In this document: one piece after another, positions 28,350 through 39,595 of the stretch
Layout: every line of letters begins with the position of its first letter
How positions within the stretch are numbered: the first letter of the stretch is position 1
From: an uncultured Spirochaetota bacterium
GTDB taxonomy: Bacteria > Spirochaetota > Spirochaetia > SZUA-6 > Fen-1364
Assembly (NCBI GenBank): GCA_963734545.1
Contig: CAVTHO010000004.1
Location: 608,001 to 672,000, forward strand
DNA length: 64,000 nucleotides
Direction: 5' to 3'
Translations under genes and position numbers: made by a program
The notes under the pieces: generated by a model
Told to the model about the DNA's origin: nothing
The model's input: the letters and a program-made list of their open reading frames with translations, nothing else
Databases searched by the model: none

Positions 28350-30275
28350 CTATTTCTTCTCTTCGCGGAACTCCGCGTCGATCACGTCGTCGTCCTTCTT
28401 GCCCGAGGCCGCTCCGGCCTGCCCCTGGCCGTCCGACGAATCCCCGGGACCGGGACCCGGCTGCGGACCCGCCCCCTGCTGCTTGCCCGCGGCCTGCTTG
28501 TACACTTCTTCCGCGAGCTTGTGGGACGCCTTGGTCAGCTCCTCCATGCCCTTCTTGATCCGATCCACGTTCTTTTCCTTGATAGCGGACTTCAGATCGT
28601 TGAGCTTCGCCTCGATGTCGGCCCGCTCGGCCTGGCTGACCTTGTCCCCGTAGTCCTTGAGGGACTTCTCCACCGAATAGGCGAGAGTGTCCGCCTGGTT
28701 GACGGTCTCCACCTCTTCCTTCTTCTTGGTGTCTTCCGCCGCGAACTGCTCTGCCTGGCGCACCATCTTCTCGATCTCTTCCTTCGAGAGTTTTTTCGGC
28801 GCCGTGATCTTGATGGACTGCTGCTTTCCCGTCCCCAGGTCCTTGGCGGCCACGCTGACGATGCCGTTTGCGTCGATGTCGAAGGACACCTCCACCTGCG
28901 GCACCCCGCGGGGGGCGGGCGGAATGCCTACCAGGTTGAACCTGCCCAGCTCGACGTTGTCATTCGCCATGGGCCGTTCACCCTGGAGCACGCGTATCGT
29001 GACCTCGGTCTGGTTGTCCGCCGCGGTGGAGAAGATCTCGCTCTTCCGCGTGGGGATGGTCGTGTTGCGCTCGATGAGCTTCGTGCTCACGCCGCCGAGG
29101 GTCTCGATGCCGAGAGAGAGCGGGGTCACGTCCAGGAGGAGGACATCCTTCACCTCGCCCTTGATGATGGCCGCCTGGATCGCGGCGCCCATGGCGACGC
29201 ACTCCATGGGGTCGACGCCACGCTCGATCTTCTTGCCGAAGAAATCCTCCACGAACTTCTGCACGATCGGCATCCGGGTGGGTCCCCCCACCATGATGAT
29301 CTTGTCGATCTCCGCCCCGTTGTCGCTGAATTGAACCCCGTCCTTTGCAAATGCCCCCCGGGCATCCTTGAGCGCGGTCTCCAGCGGTGTGCGGCAGCGC
29401 TGGACGATGGGGCCGATGAGCTCTTCCAGCTTGGCCCGGTTCACCGTCATGGTGAGGTGCTTGGGGCCGCTGGCGTCCGCCGTGATGAAGGGGAGATTGA
29501 TGTCCGTCGTGAGCGTGCTGGACAGCTCCACCTTGGCTTTTTCCGCGGCCTCCCGGACCCTCTGGGTGGCCATGGTGTCCTTTTTCAGATCTATGCCCGT
29601 CTGGCGCATGAACTCCTTCTCGATGTACTCCACGAAGGCATTGTCCATGTCCGTGCCGCCGAGCTGGGTGTCCCCGCTCGTGGCAACGACCTTGAACCCG
29701 CCCTCTTTCCACATCTCCATGATGGTGACGTCCAGGGTGCCGCCGCCGAAGTCGAACACGAGGATCTTCAGCTCCTTGCCCGCCTTCTCCAGGCCGTAGG
29801 CAAGACACGCCGCGGTGGGTTCATTGATGATGCGCAGCACCTTCAGACCGGCAATCTCTCCGGCGTCCTTGGTGGCCGTGCGCTGGTTGTCGTCGAAATA
29901 CGCGGGACAGGTAATGACCACTTCCTCCACCGTGTCACCGAGGTATGCTTCCGCATCCTGCTTGACCTTCTGGAGTATGAACGCCGAGATCTGCTGGGCG
30001 CTGTATTCCTTTCCAAAGGCCTTGAACTTGTGGTCCGTTCCCATCTTTCTCTTTGCCGCGTAGATGGTGCCGTCAGGATTGATGGCAGCCTGCCTGCGCG
30101 CGGGTTCCCCCACGAGCCTTTCGCCCTCCTTGGTGAACGCCACGAATGATGGAAATGCCTTGCCCGAAGAGACGCCGGCCCCTTCCGCCGAGGGGATGAT
30201 AACCGGCCTGCCGCCCTCCATGACGGCAGCGGCAGAGTTCGATGTCCCGAGATCGATGCCGATGATACGACCCAT
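28350..30275 (-). CDS. dnaK: Chaperone DnaK (Hsp70)
   Basis: Motifs [38 protein letters not shown] tail. Confidence 0.98.
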   Translation of the reverse strand: MGRIIGIDLGTSNSAAAVMEGGRPVIIPSAEGAGVSSGKAFPSFVAFTKEGERLVGEPARRQAAINPDGTIYAAKRKMGTDHKFKAFGKEYSAQQISAFILQKVKQDAEAYLGDTVEEVVITCPAYFDDNQRTATKDAGEIAGLKVLRIINEPTAACLAYGLEKAGKELKILVFDFGGGTLDVTIMEMWKEGGFKVVATSGDTQLGGTDMDNAFVEYIEKEFMRQTGIDLKKDTMATQRVREAAEKAKVELSSTLTTDINLPFITADASGPKHLTMTVNRAKLEELIGPIVQRCRTPLETALKDARGAFAKDGVQFSDNGAEIDKIIMVGGPTRMPIVQKFVEDFFGKKIERGVDPMECVAMGAAIQAAIIKGEVKDVLLLDVTPLSLGIETLGGVSTKLIERNTTIPTRKSEIFSTAADNQTEVTIRVLQGERPMANDNVELGRFNLVGIPPAPRGVPQVEVSFDIDANGIVSVAAKDLGTGKQQSIKITAPKKLSKEEIEKMVRQAEQFAAEDTKKKEEVETVNQADTLAYSVEKSLKDYGDKVSQAERADIEAKLNDLKSAIKEKNVDRIKKGMEELTKASHKLAEEVYKQAAGKQQGAGPQPGPGPGDSSDGQGQAGAASGKKDDDVIDAEFREEKK

Positions 30276-30415
30276 ATCATTCTCCTTTGTGTCCTGCTCT
30301 CCCCTGCGCCGACATGCGGCGCGCTTCCGGGCGCACGGCTCTTCCGCTTTTCTGCCGCCCGGGGAAACCGGTCATCCGCTTCCTGGTATGATTGCGAGAG
30401 ACATCCGACTACAAA

Positions 30416-30444
30416 AATGTAAGTACTGAAGGCTCGGAAGTCAA
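30416..30444 (-). promoter_or_regulatory. sigma70-type promoter of dnaK
   Basis: TTGACT-N17-TACATT on the minus strand. Confidence 0.55.
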
Positions 30445-30518
30445 GCAGACAACGGCGATGCGCTGCCAAAATCCGCGACACATTGACGCCGGTTGCGCCG
30501 ACCATTAGAGTAGCCACT

Positions 30519-31848
30519 ATGCAGGTCCGCGCCCTCGCCTGGAGCTCCCTCACGGAGCAGGACAAACGCAAGATCTTCGCGCGCTCGGAGCAGGACATTG
30601 CGGCGGTCTTCCCCCGCGTGCGGGAAATCATCGAAAAAGTGCGCGTGGACGGCGATGCGGCGCTCATCGAATATACCCGGCAATTCAACAACGCGGACCT
30701 CACCGGCATTCCCCTCGCGGTAGGTGAGCGGGAATTCGCGGACGCGGAGAAGGCCCTCGATGCGCCGGTCAAGGATGCCATCAGGTTCTGCGTGGCAAAC
30801 GTGCGCGCCTATCATGAACAGCAGCTTCCCGGGGCCATGAGCTTCGGTGAGGTCCTCCCTGGCGTCTACGCGGGCGAGCGCGCCACTCCGATCCCGTCCG
30901 TGGCCCTGTATGCGCCGCGCGGCAAAGGGAGCTTCCCGTCATCGACCTACATGATGGCGGTCCCGGCGCACGTGGCGGGGGTCAGCCGCGTTGTCGTGGT
31001 AAGCCCGCCGGATTCCAGGGGCGCGTGCGACCCGGCCACGCTGTTTGCCGCCCGGCTGTGCGGCGTCCACGAAGTCTACCGTGTCGGCGGCGTGCAGGCC
31101 CTGGCGGCGCTTGCCTATGGCACGCAGAGCATCCGCCCGGTCGTGAAGCTCCTGGGACCGGGCAACCAGTACGTCACGGCGGCAAAGAGACTCCTGTTCG
31201 GGGTCGTCGACGTGGGACTGCCGGCCGGGCCCTCCGAATCCATGATCCTCGCGGACGACTCAGCCGACCCGCGGCTGCTCGCCCTCGACCTGCTGATCGA
31301 GGCGGAGCACGGACCGGATTCGCAGGCGCTTCTGGTCACCACGAGCGACAGATCGGCCCGCGCGGTCGCCGCGCACCTTCCCCGGCTCGTGTCCGAGCTG
31401 CCCGAGCCCCGCGCCTCCTATGCGGCGCAGGTGCTCGCCAACTATGGCGGCATCATCGTGGCCGCGGACCTCACCGAGGCCGTCTCCATCGCAAATGAGG
31501 TCGCCCCTGAGCACCTGCAGATCGCCACCTCGGACCCTCTGGAGACTCTCTCCCGGATCCAGGAACGCCGGCGAGATCCTCCTCGGGCAGCGCACCCCTT
31601 TTTCCCTTGCCAACTATGCCATCGGCGCCAACGCGGTGCTCCCCACGGGCGGGAAAGCGAAAACCTGCTCCCCCCTTTCCGTGCGGGATTTCCTCAAGTA
31701 CTCATCGGTCGCGTACCTGACCCGGCAGGGCCACGAGTCCGTCCGCCAGGCAGCGATCGTTCTCGCAGACTATGAAGGCTTTCCCGCGCATGCAAAGGCG
31801 CTCCGTGAAAGGAGGGGCAATGAGCCCGAAGACGACAGGCAGGTCTGA
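30519..31848 (+). CDS. hisD: Histidinol dehydrogenase (or homolog); frameshift near 31560
   Basis: Motifs GGVQA, GPGNQYV, AGPSE, EAEHG, APEHL. Removing one C gives RIRNAGEILLG..NAVLPT..EGFPAHA. Confidence 0.88.
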
Positions 31849-33244
31849 ACCCCGCGCAAAGAAGGTGAAGAAGTCTCCGGGCACCAGGGCCCCTGCCCGT
31901 CGGCCGGCGCCGCCCAACTCCGCGGCATACCGCGGAAGGGGCCCCCGGGCCTGGGTGACCACCGCCAACATGGGTCTCGGCCACCAGAGGGCCGCCTACC
32001 CGCTGCGCGACATCGCGGAGGGCGGAATCATCACGCTGGGAAAGGCGGAGAACACGTCCCCTTCCGAGCAAAGGCTCTGGGAGCGCCTGCGCAAGAGCTA
32101 CGAGTTCCTCTCCCGCACAAAGAGCTGGCCGCTGATCGGCAACGCGGTATTCGGCCTGCTGGATCGGCTGCAGAACATCCCGCCGTTCTACCCTATCCGC
32201 GACATGTCCAATCCCTCCTTTCAAGTCAGGTGGCTGAGGGGGCTGATTCAGAAGGGCATGTGCAGCGGGTTGATGGAAATGATCCGGGAAAAACCCCTGC
32301 CGCTTCTCACCACGTTCTACGCCCCGGCCATCGCCGCTGACATCGCCGGCTACGGACGGATCTACAGCGTCATCTGCGATGCCGAGATCAACAGGGCCTG
32401 GGTGGCGGAGAATCCGCGCACCAGCAAGATCGTCTACCTGGTCCCCTGCGGCCGGGCCGTGCGGCGGCTGAACGAGTACGGGATTCCCAACGATCGGATC
32501 TGGCTCACCGGCTTCCCGATTCCCCTGGAGCTGCTGGGGGACAGGAACATCAGCGTATTGAAATGGGACCTGGGCCAGAGATTGCACTACCTGGACCCCA
32601 CCGCGGAACGCTTCTGGCCCATGCACGGCCTGAACGTGGAGCACTTCCTCGGCGCAAAGAACTGCAAGTTCGCAAGGAAGCGCGCCTTCACGATCACCTT
32701 CGGAGTGGGGGGCGCGGGCGCACAGACCGACATCGCCTACGCGGTGGCCAGGAGCCTCAGGGACAAGATCGCAAAGGGAGAGGTGAGCTACAACATACTT
32801 GCAGGCGTCCGGCCCGAGGTCGCGGAATACCTGGAGAACATCAAGAAAGAGCTTGCGCTTCCCCAGATCCGGATCGTGACCGGAAAAACCCTGAACGAGT
32901 ATTTCCAGGGTTTCACCGAGTGCATGCGGACCACGGACGTGCTCTGGACCAAGCCCAGCGAGCTTTCCTTCTATTGCGGGCTGGGCATCCCCGTCATCAT
33001 GGCTCCGCACATCGGCTCCCAGGAGGATTACAACCAGGCGTGGCTCCTGGAGATCCAGGCAGGATTCCCCCAGCAGGATCCGCAGTACACCGACCAGTGG
33101 CTTCTGGACCTTGTCCGCGCCGGTCGGCTCGCGGACGCGGCCTGGAACGGGTTCCTGAAGGCAAGAAAATACGGCACCTACAAGATCCAGGAAATAATGC
33201 TGACCGGCACGATGGAGAAGGAGACCTCGGTACTGCGCAGATGA
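31820..33244 (+). CDS. Hypothetical GT-B glycosyltransferase-like protein (MGDG-synthase-like, DUF6938-type)
   Basis: MGLGHQRAA at the N-terminus, TGFP, GGAGAQ, LWTKPSE, GSQEDYN. Confidence 0.65.
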   Translation: MSPKTTGRSEPRAKKVKKSPGTRAPARRPAPPNSAAYRGRGPRAWVTTANMGLGHQRAAYPLRDIAEGGIITLGKAENTSPSEQRLWERLRKSYEFLSRTKSWPLIGNAVFGLLDRLQNIPPFYPIRDMSNPSFQVRWLRGLIQKGMCSGLMEMIREKPLPLLTTFYAPAIAADIAGYGRIYSVICDAEINRAWVAENPRTSKIVYLVPCGRAVRRLNEYGIPNDRIWLTGFPIPLELLGDRNISVLKWDLGQRLHYLDPTAERFWPMHGLNVEHFLGAKNCKFARKRAFTITFGVGGAGAQTDIAYAVARSLRDKIAKGEVSYNILAGVRPEVAEYLENIKKELALPQIRIVTGKTLNEYFQGFTECMRTTDVLWTKPSELSFYCGLGIPVIMAPHIGSQEDYNQAWLLEIQAGFPQQDPQYTDQWLLDLVRAGRLADAAWNGFLKARKYGTYKIQEIMLTGTMEKETSVLRR

Positions 33245-34567
33245 GGGAGGAGATCCGCACACCGCAGGACGTCTTTTCCTGGGCTGAATCATTCACCAAT
33301 CTCGAGCGCGGGACGTATCCCCCCGACAAGCGCGCCTACCGGCTGGACCGGATGCATCGGCTTCTCGAAATGTTCGACAACCCGGAGGCGCGGCTGCGGA
33401 TCATCCATGTTGCCGGGACAAAGGGAAAAGGATCCACCTCCGCCCTCCTGGCATCGGTGCTGTGCGCCGCGGGGAGGCGCACCGGCCTCTATACATCGCC
33501 GCACGTCGAGAACGCTTTCGAGAGGATCGCGATTGCCGGACAACCTCGCAGGCCCGAGCTCCTGGTCCGGCTGGGTCAGGAAGTGAAGGCGGTCATCGAC
33601 CGGCTGCCTCCGGAGGATTTTCCCGGTCACTACGGACCGACGACCTTCGAGCTCTACACCCTGCTGGCATTTCTCTACTTCCGGGATGCCGGTTGCCAGG
33701 AGGCCGTCGTGGAGACCGGGCATCGGCGGCCGGCTGGACGCCACCAACGTCGTGAGCTCGGTGGCTTCGGTCATCACCCCGCTCGATCTGGAGCACACGG
33801 AAATCCTGGGTGACACGCTGGAGAAGATCGCGTGGGAAAAGGCGGGCATCATCAAGCCGGGCGCGCCGTGCTTTGTCGGCCTGCAGCCGCGCGCGGTAAA
33901 GGAAGTCATCCGGCAGGTCTGCCGTGAGCGCGGCTCGGCGCCCGCGTTTCTCGACGAGGAAACCAGCGAGCGGGTCGCGGTCGTGGATGCGCAGGGCACC
34001 ACGTTTACGCTGCGGCTGGGAGGAGAGCCGGCCGAAGAGTTCAGGCTTTCGATGCTCGGCGAGTTCCAGGCGGAGAACGCGGCGCTCGCGTATCTCCTCG
34101 TGCGGCGAACGAGGCCGGAGATCACCCTCGCGCAATGCCGGCGCGGCTTTCTGGACACGACGCTCCCCGGGCGCATGGAGCTGCGCGGCACTCATCCGAT
34201 CGTGGTTCTCGACGGCGCCCACACGCCCCTTGCCGTCACGCGGCTGCTCGCCGCTTTCCGCGAGGTCTTCCCCGGCGAGGCAGTCCTCCTTTTCGGCTCC
34301 GTCTCCGGAAAGAATCCGCGCGCAATGGCGCAGATCATGGCACCCCACTTTTTCCGGATCATCATCTCCACCCCGGGAACCTTCAAGGAGAGCAACCCCG
34401 GGGAGGTGGCGGACATTTTCCGGGCCGTCAAACCGGAGGCCACGCTGCTGGAACCGGATCCTCGACAGGCGCTTCGGCTGGCCATGGAGGAATCAGAAGG
34501 AACACGTCCCATCCTCGTCACGGGCTCGTTCTACATGGTGGCGGAAATCCGCAGGCTTCTCCGATGA
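33241..34567 (+). CDS. folC: Folylpolyglutamate/dihydrofolate synthase; frameshift near 33720
   Basis: Motifs HVAGTKGKGST, YTSPH, ETG(I)GGRLDATN, EKAGIIK, LDGAH, VTGSFY. Confidence 0.92.
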
Positions 34568-35109
34568 GCGAGCTCCTCGGCGGCAGGCTCGTGGTGGAGA
34601 CGGGGGACATCACCGCTCGCGCGGTGGATGCGATCGTGAACGCGGCCAATTCCTCCCTCATGGGAGGTGGCGGGGTGGATGGCGCCATCCACAGGGCCGG
34701 CGGCCCCGCAATCCTCGAAGCCTGCAGACGCCTCCGCAGGGACCGATACCCGGATGGGCTTCCCGCGGGAGAAGCCGTGGAAACCACCGCGGGCAGGCTC
34801 CCGGCACGATACGTGATTCATACCGTGGGGCCGGTATGGCATGGCGGGACATCGGGGGAGGAGGCGCTCCTGGCGAGCTGCTACCGGAAGAGTCTCGCGC
34901 TCGCCGCGCGGCTCGGCCTGCACACCATTGCTTTCCCGGCGATATCAACGGGCGTGTACGGCTACCCGCGGGAAAAGGCGGCACAGGTTGTCTGGAGAAC
35001 GGTTCGTGATTACCTCGCCGCGTCTGCCGAGCCGCGGGTGGTGACGCTGGAGTTCTACTCGGAGGCCGATGCGCAGGTATTTCTCCGGGCGGCCGGCGCG
35101 GAGAGATGA
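34564..35109 (+). CDS. Macro domain O-acetyl-ADP-ribose deacetylase (YmdB-like)
   Basis: Motifs GDIT, NAANSSLMGGGGVDGAIH, FPAISTGVYGYP. Confidence 0.93.
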   Translation: MSELLGGRLVVETGDITARAVDAIVNAANSSLMGGGGVDGAIHRAGGPAILEACRRLRRDRYPDGLPAGEAVETTAGRLPARYVIHTVGPVWHGGTSGEEALLASCYRKSLALAARLGLHTIAFPAISTGVYGYPREKAAQVVWRTVRDYLAASAEPRVVTLEFYSEADAQVFLRAAGAER

Positions 35110-36575
35110 GCAGCGGTTCCCTGAACTGGAGAGAGATCGACCTGGTACTCTCCGAGCTCGGCCTCGAGGGATGCCTGATCCAGGAGGTACACCAGCCCTC
35201 GCACGACAGGATCGTCCTGCACCTCTTCCGCCATGGAACGCAGTTCTCGGTCCTCATCTGCCTGTCCACGCGATTCCCGCGCCTGCACATCCTCACGGAA
35301 AAGCTCGCCAATCCGGAAAAACCGCTGCGCTTCGCCTCCTTCCTGCGCGCCCACATCCGCGGCGGGAGAATCGAGAGCGCAGTGCAGCTCCGCGCGCCGG
35401 AAGCTGCACCTGACGCGCCGGGTGAGCGGATCGTGCGGATAGCCATTCGGCACGCGGGGGAGCAGAAGATACTCTGGATACGTCTCTGGGGCGCCGCGGC
35501 AAATGCAATCCTCACCGATGCGGAAGGCATCATCCTGGACGCATTCTACCGCAGGCCGAAGAAGGGAGAGGTTTCGAGAAAACCTTTCGCGGCCCTGGCC
35601 CCTGCCGGCGCGAGCGGCGCAAAGACCGGACCCGTCAAGGAATACGCGGTACGGGAGCTGCCCGGTGAAGGCACCTTCAATGAAAAGCTCGAGCGCGAGT
35701 TTCGCGAGCGGGAAACCAGCGGAAACGTGGAGAAGCTCGCGGCCGCGGCAGACGCGGAGCTGGAAATCAGCGAGAACAAGGTCCTGTCCAGCCTGGAATC
35801 GCTCACCGCGCGGCTTTCCGAGTACGCCTCCCTCGACAGATACAGGGAGCTGGGGGACCTGGTGACGAGCAACCTGCACGCCGTGACCCGGGGGCAGAAG
35901 TGGTTGAAGGTGGAAGACTTTTTCCACGGCGATGCGCCGGTCGAGATCGAGCTCCAGCCCGACCTTGCGCCGGCCCAGAACGCGGAGATCTACTACGAAC
36001 GCCACAGAAAGGCACGACTGGGCCGCGGCAAGGTCGAGGAAGAGATAGCCCACCTGCAGAAGACCCTGGAGAGGATCCGCAGGCAGCGTGCAGCCATTGC
36101 GCTCAATCCCGACCCGGCAGCGCTCGGCGCCGCGGCAAAAAGAGCAGCGGGGGCGCGCAAGCCGCTCGTCGACGCCGGAACCCCGGGGCTCGTGTTCTTC
36201 TCCAGTCCCTTCCGCATCTTCGTGGGACGCACGGCAAAGGAGAACGACGAGCTTCTGCGCAGGAAAGTGCGGGGCAATGACTGGTGGTTCCACGCGCGGG
36301 ACTGGCCGGGGGCCTACGTCTTCGTGAAGGCGCAGGCGGGCAAGAGCCTGCCCCTGGAGACCCTTCTGGACGCCGCCACCCTCGCCGTGCACTATTCCAA
36401 GGGAAAAACCTCGGGCCAGGGAGATGTGTACTACACGCAGGTCAAATACCTGCGGCGCGCCAAGGGAGCAAAAAAGGGCACCGTGCTGCCCACGCAGGAA
36501 AAGAATCTCCACGTCAAGCTGGACCCGGCTCGTATCGAAAGGCTGAAAGCAGGCGGAGAAATCAAGGAGCCGTAG
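35106..36575 (+). CDS. rqcH: NFACT/RqcH (FbpA) family ribosome quality-control protein
   Basis: N-terminal NFACT domain, QNAE.YY coiled coil, and VGRTAKEND..DWWFHARDWPG RNA-binding domain. Confidence 0.85.
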   Translation: MSSGSLNWREIDLVLSELGLEGCLIQEVHQPSHDRIVLHLFRHGTQFSVLICLSTRFPRLHILTEKLANPEKPLRFASFLRAHIRGGRIESAVQLRAPEAAPDAPGERIVRIAIRHAGEQKILWIRLWGAAANAILTDAEGIILDAFYRRPKKGEVSRKPFAALAPAGASGAKTGPVKEYAVRELPGEGTFNEKLEREFRERETSGNVEKLAAAADAELEISENKVLSSLESLTARLSEYASLDRYRELGDLVTSNLHAVTRGQKWLKVEDFFHGDAPVEIELQPDLAPAQNAEIYYERHRKARLGRGKVEEEIAHLQKTLERIRRQRAAIALNPDPAALGAAAKRAAGARKPLVDAGTPGLVFFSSPFRIFVGRTAKENDELLRRKVRGNDWWFHARDWPGAYVFVKAQAGKSLPLETLLDAATLAVHYSKGKTSGQGDVYYTQVKYLRRAKGAKKGTVLPTQEKNLHVKLDPARIERLKAGGEIKEP

Positions 36576-36576
36576 G

Positions 36577-39255
36577 ATGCGCAAGTCGACGATACGAATC
36601 ATCTTTCTTCTCTTCTTCTTCACCGGCATCAGCAGCCTGGTCTATCAGGTGATCTGGGTGAGGATGTTCGGCCTCGTCTTCGGCAACACCCTCTACGCAT
36701 CCAGCGCCGTTCTCGCCGCTTTCATGGCGGGATTGGCCCTGGGCAGCTTTCTCTCCGGGCGGCTCATGGAGAAGAGAAGAGACGGACTGCGCGTGTACGC
36801 GGTCCTGGAGCTCTGCATCGGCGTGTGCGGGGTCCTGATGGCGCTCGGCGTCGCCCTGGCATCCCGGATCGACATTCTCATCTTCAGGCGCTTCGCCCCC
36901 TCCTACGGATTTCTTACCGGTCTGCGATTCGTGTATTCATTCCTGCTCCTGGTCATTCCCTGCACTCTCATGGGGGCCACGCTCCCGGCATTGGGCACGT
37001 TCGTAATCGGAGCGCGCGCGGGGGGGGCGTCCCTCCTCGGCAAGCTCTACGGGGTGAACACGCTGGGCGCGTTCGCGGGGTGCTTTGCGAGCGGCTTCTA
37101 TCTCATTGGGGGCATCGGGATATCGCGTACGACACTCGTCGCTGCGGCTCTCAACGTCTCTGTCGCGGCAGCCTCTCTTGTCCTGTTCGGCGCTTTTTCC
37201 CGGAAGACTGCCGCGACCGGCAAAGCGGAGCCGGCCGAGCCGAAGAGCGAATGGCTTTCCGGGCTCGAGGGAAATCCCGTTCTTGGAAGGGTCGTCCTGA
37301 TCGCCTATGCGTTTTCCGGCTTCTCGGCCCTGGCCCTGGAGGTGGCATGGACGCGCTCGCTCGTCTGGGTAATGGGCATGGACTCTTATGCCTTTGCCGC
37401 CATGCTGTGCGTGATCCTGGCCGGGATAGGCATGGGCAGCCTTCTGTACCCGGTGCTGCGGAAAAGGATCCGAAGGCCCGTGGCATTCCTCGGGCGTCTG
37501 CAGTTACTCATCGGACTGTTCGTCGTCGTGTCCATCTTCGCCATCCACCGCGCAATCGGAACAAGGGAGGCCGTGAGCGCTCTCTTGAGCTCGATGAGTC
37601 TGGGCGGTTTGTACAGCGTGATCGCGCCTTACACGATCGTTCAGATGGCGGTATCCGCCGCCATCCTCCTCATCCCCTCCCTGCTCATGGGACTCGCGTT
37701 CCCGATCTACGCGGCGGTGTATATCGGCGTGAAGGGGAGCGTGGGCAGAGGGATCGGCAACATCTATTCCGTCAACACGCTGGGCGGCATTGTCGGCTCC
37801 CTGGCCATGGGCTTCTTCATCATCCCCGTGATGGGTCTCCTGCCCTCTATCGGCCTGATGGCTGCCGTGTACATCGTCGTCTCCCTCGTGATCACGACGG
37901 TGGACCGTGAACAGGCCCGCTCCGGGAAGCTCGTCACGGTCGGGGTCGCGGCCGCTGCCTCGCTCCTGCTCTTTCTCGTGACGGACATGAGCTTCGTGAG
38001 CGTGCTCAAGACCACGCTCGGGGCCGACCAATCGCGGCGGGACGAGTCGATCGTGTATTTCAAGGAGACCGCGACCGGGAGCGTCCTCGTCAAGCAGAGC
38101 GCGGTCTATGGAAAGGAGATGCTCATCGACGGGGTGCAGGTGGCGTCAACCGGGGATTTCGATCTCCATTCGCACATCTACCCGGCGCACCTGATCGGCC
38201 TCCTGAAGCGGGAGCTGGACGACGTGCTGGTCATTGCGTTCGGCGCGGGTGGCACCAGCGGCTCCTTGCTCAAGTACCCGGAAGTGAAGCGGCTCGATGT
38301 CGTGGAGATCTGCGAAGGCGTCATCGACCCTGCCAGGAAGTACTTCTCGGACATGAACAGCGGCGTGTTCGCCGATCCGAGGCTCAATCTCATCATCCAG
38401 GACGGCAAGAACTACATCAAGATGACCAACAGGCGGTACGATGTCATCTACTCGGGGCCCATCCATCCCCAGTCCAACCAGGGAAGCGCGGCCCTCTACA
38501 CGAAGGAGTACTTCGCGGACTGCCGGTCGAGGCTCAAGAGCGGAGGCTTCCAGTGCCTCTGGCTGCCGCTGCACATGTCCTCTCCCGCTGATTTTCTGGC
38601 CATCGTGAAGGCCTACAGGGAGGTGTATCCGTATGTCACGCTGTGGCAGATGCCGGAAACGGAGACCTCCGAGTCCCACCCGCACCTCATCGGATCCATG
38701 GGGCCGATCCTACCGGACTACCAAATTGTCTCGGCGCGGCTCTCACGCCCCGAGATCGCCCGGGATATCGCGCGGCTTCAGGACGCCGGGTTTTCCGAAC
38801 CCGCGCAGTTCATCTCCCAGCTCGCAATGGACCAGGAGGGGCTGGAGAAGCTGATGGACGGCTTCTCCCGGGTCAACACGGACGACAGGCCCTCCGTCGA
38901 GTTCTACAAGAGACCTTTCAACGTGCAGATCGAGAGCAAGAGGACACAGAGCCTCCTCTGCCAGGCAATAGAGAAGATCATGGAAAATCCCGAGCGGTTC
39001 GTTCAGAACGTTCCCCCCTCCGAGAAACCCAGGCTGGGGAGGGAGCTGGCACGGCTCTTCGAGGGGAACAAGGCCCTTGTCAAGGGACATGCATTCTACA
39101 TCGCCCGGCTGAACCTTCAGCCCGATCCCGAGATGCTCTCCAACTTCAACTATCTGATCATCACGAGCTACTCCCGGGCCTACCGGTTCATTCCGGAAAG
39201 CACGTACCTGAAGAAGTTTTTCGAGGAGAACAGGATCACGCCGGTAAAGGAGTAG
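36577..39255 (+). CDS. Fused MFS-like membrane domain / spermidine synthase-like protein
   Basis: Two repeats of the LVYQVIW.R / Y.VNTLG membrane module, then an aminopropyltransferase fold (VIAFGAGGT, VVEI, DG). Confidence 0.85.
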   Translation: MRKSTIRIIFLLFFFTGISSLVYQVIWVRMFGLVFGNTLYASSAVLAAFMAGLALGSFLSGRLMEKRRDGLRVYAVLELCIGVCGVLMALGVALASRIDILIFRRFAPSYGFLTGLRFVYSFLLLVIPCTLMGATLPALGTFVIGARAGGASLLGKLYGVNTLGAFAGCFASGFYLIGGIGISRTTLVAAALNVSVAAASLVLFGAFSRKTAATGKAEPAEPKSEWLSGLEGNPVLGRVVLIAYAFSGFSALALEVAWTRSLVWVMGMDSYAFAAMLCVILAGIGMGSLLYPVLRKRIRRPVAFLGRLQLLIGLFVVVSIFAIHRAIGTREAVSALLSSMSLGGLYSVIAPYTIVQMAVSAAILLIPSLLMGLAFPIYAAVYIGVKGSVGRGIGNIYSVNTLGGIVGSLAMGFFIIPVMGLLPSIGLMAAVYIVVSLVITTVDREQARSGKLVTVGVAAAASLLLFLVTDMSFVSVLKTTLGADQSRRDESIVYFKETATGSVLVKQSAVYGKEMLIDGVQVASTGDFDLHSHIYPAHLIGLLKRELDDVLVIAFGAGGTSGSLLKYPEVKRLDVVEICEGVIDPARKYFSDMNSGVFADPRLNLIIQDGKNYIKMTNRRYDVIYSGPIHPQSNQGSAALYTKEYFADCRSRLKSGGFQCLWLPLHMSSPADFLAIVKAYREVYPYVTLWQMPETETSESHPHLIGSMGPILPDYQIVSARLSRPEIARDIARLQDAGFSEPAQFISQLAMDQEGLEKLMDGFSRVNTDDRPSVEFYKRPFNVQIESKRTQSLLCQAIEKIMENPERFVQNVPPSEKPRLGRELARLFEGNKALVKGHAFYIARLNLQPDPEMLSNFNYLIITSYSRAYRFIPESTYLKKFFEENRITPVKE

Positions 39256-39274
39256 CAGGGGAGAGACGCGGCCT

Positions 39275-39595
39275 CTAGTCTATGTGGAACGCTTCCTCGA
39301 TCTCTTCGATCTCCGCGCCGATGACCCGGGGATCCTTCTTGACGAAGAACCTGTCCATGGCCTTCTGCCACCGCGCGTTCACCTCTGTCCTGCCCAGTTT
39401 CTCCAGGGCTTTCCGCGGGTCATCGGCTTCCAGGTAGGCGAACAGTGTTCCGTCGGGCCGGAAGTAGATGGAATAGTTCCTGATTCCGCTGTCCCGTATC
39501 GCCTTTGCCATGTCCGGCCAGATCTCGTCGTGCGCCTTGATGTACTCCGCCTTCAGCTCGGGCTTTATCCGCATGATGAAGGAAAAGCGCTTCAT
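39275..39595 (-). CDS. rhaM: L-rhamnose mutarotase
   Basis: EY.KAHDEIWP..GIRNYSIY..LFAY..NARWQ pattern. Confidence 0.9.
   Translation of the reverse strand: MKRFSFIMRIKPELKAEYIKAHDEIWPDMAKAIRDSGIRNYSIYFRPDGTLFAYLEADDPRKALEKLGRTEVNARWQKAMDRFFVKKDPRVIGAEIEEIEEAFHID

Noticed and set aside
28521-30149. 542-aa ORF antisense to dnaK, and similar long antisense ORFs (46621-48795, 31694-33292, 35055-36629, 7553-8932)
   Set aside because: These are typical stop-poor shadows in high-GC coding DNA, with no recognisable motifs.
30276-30480. CIRCE or structured RNA upstream of dnaK
   Set aside because: No TTAGCACTC-N9-GAGTGCTAA match and no recognisable riboswitch or tRNA fold.
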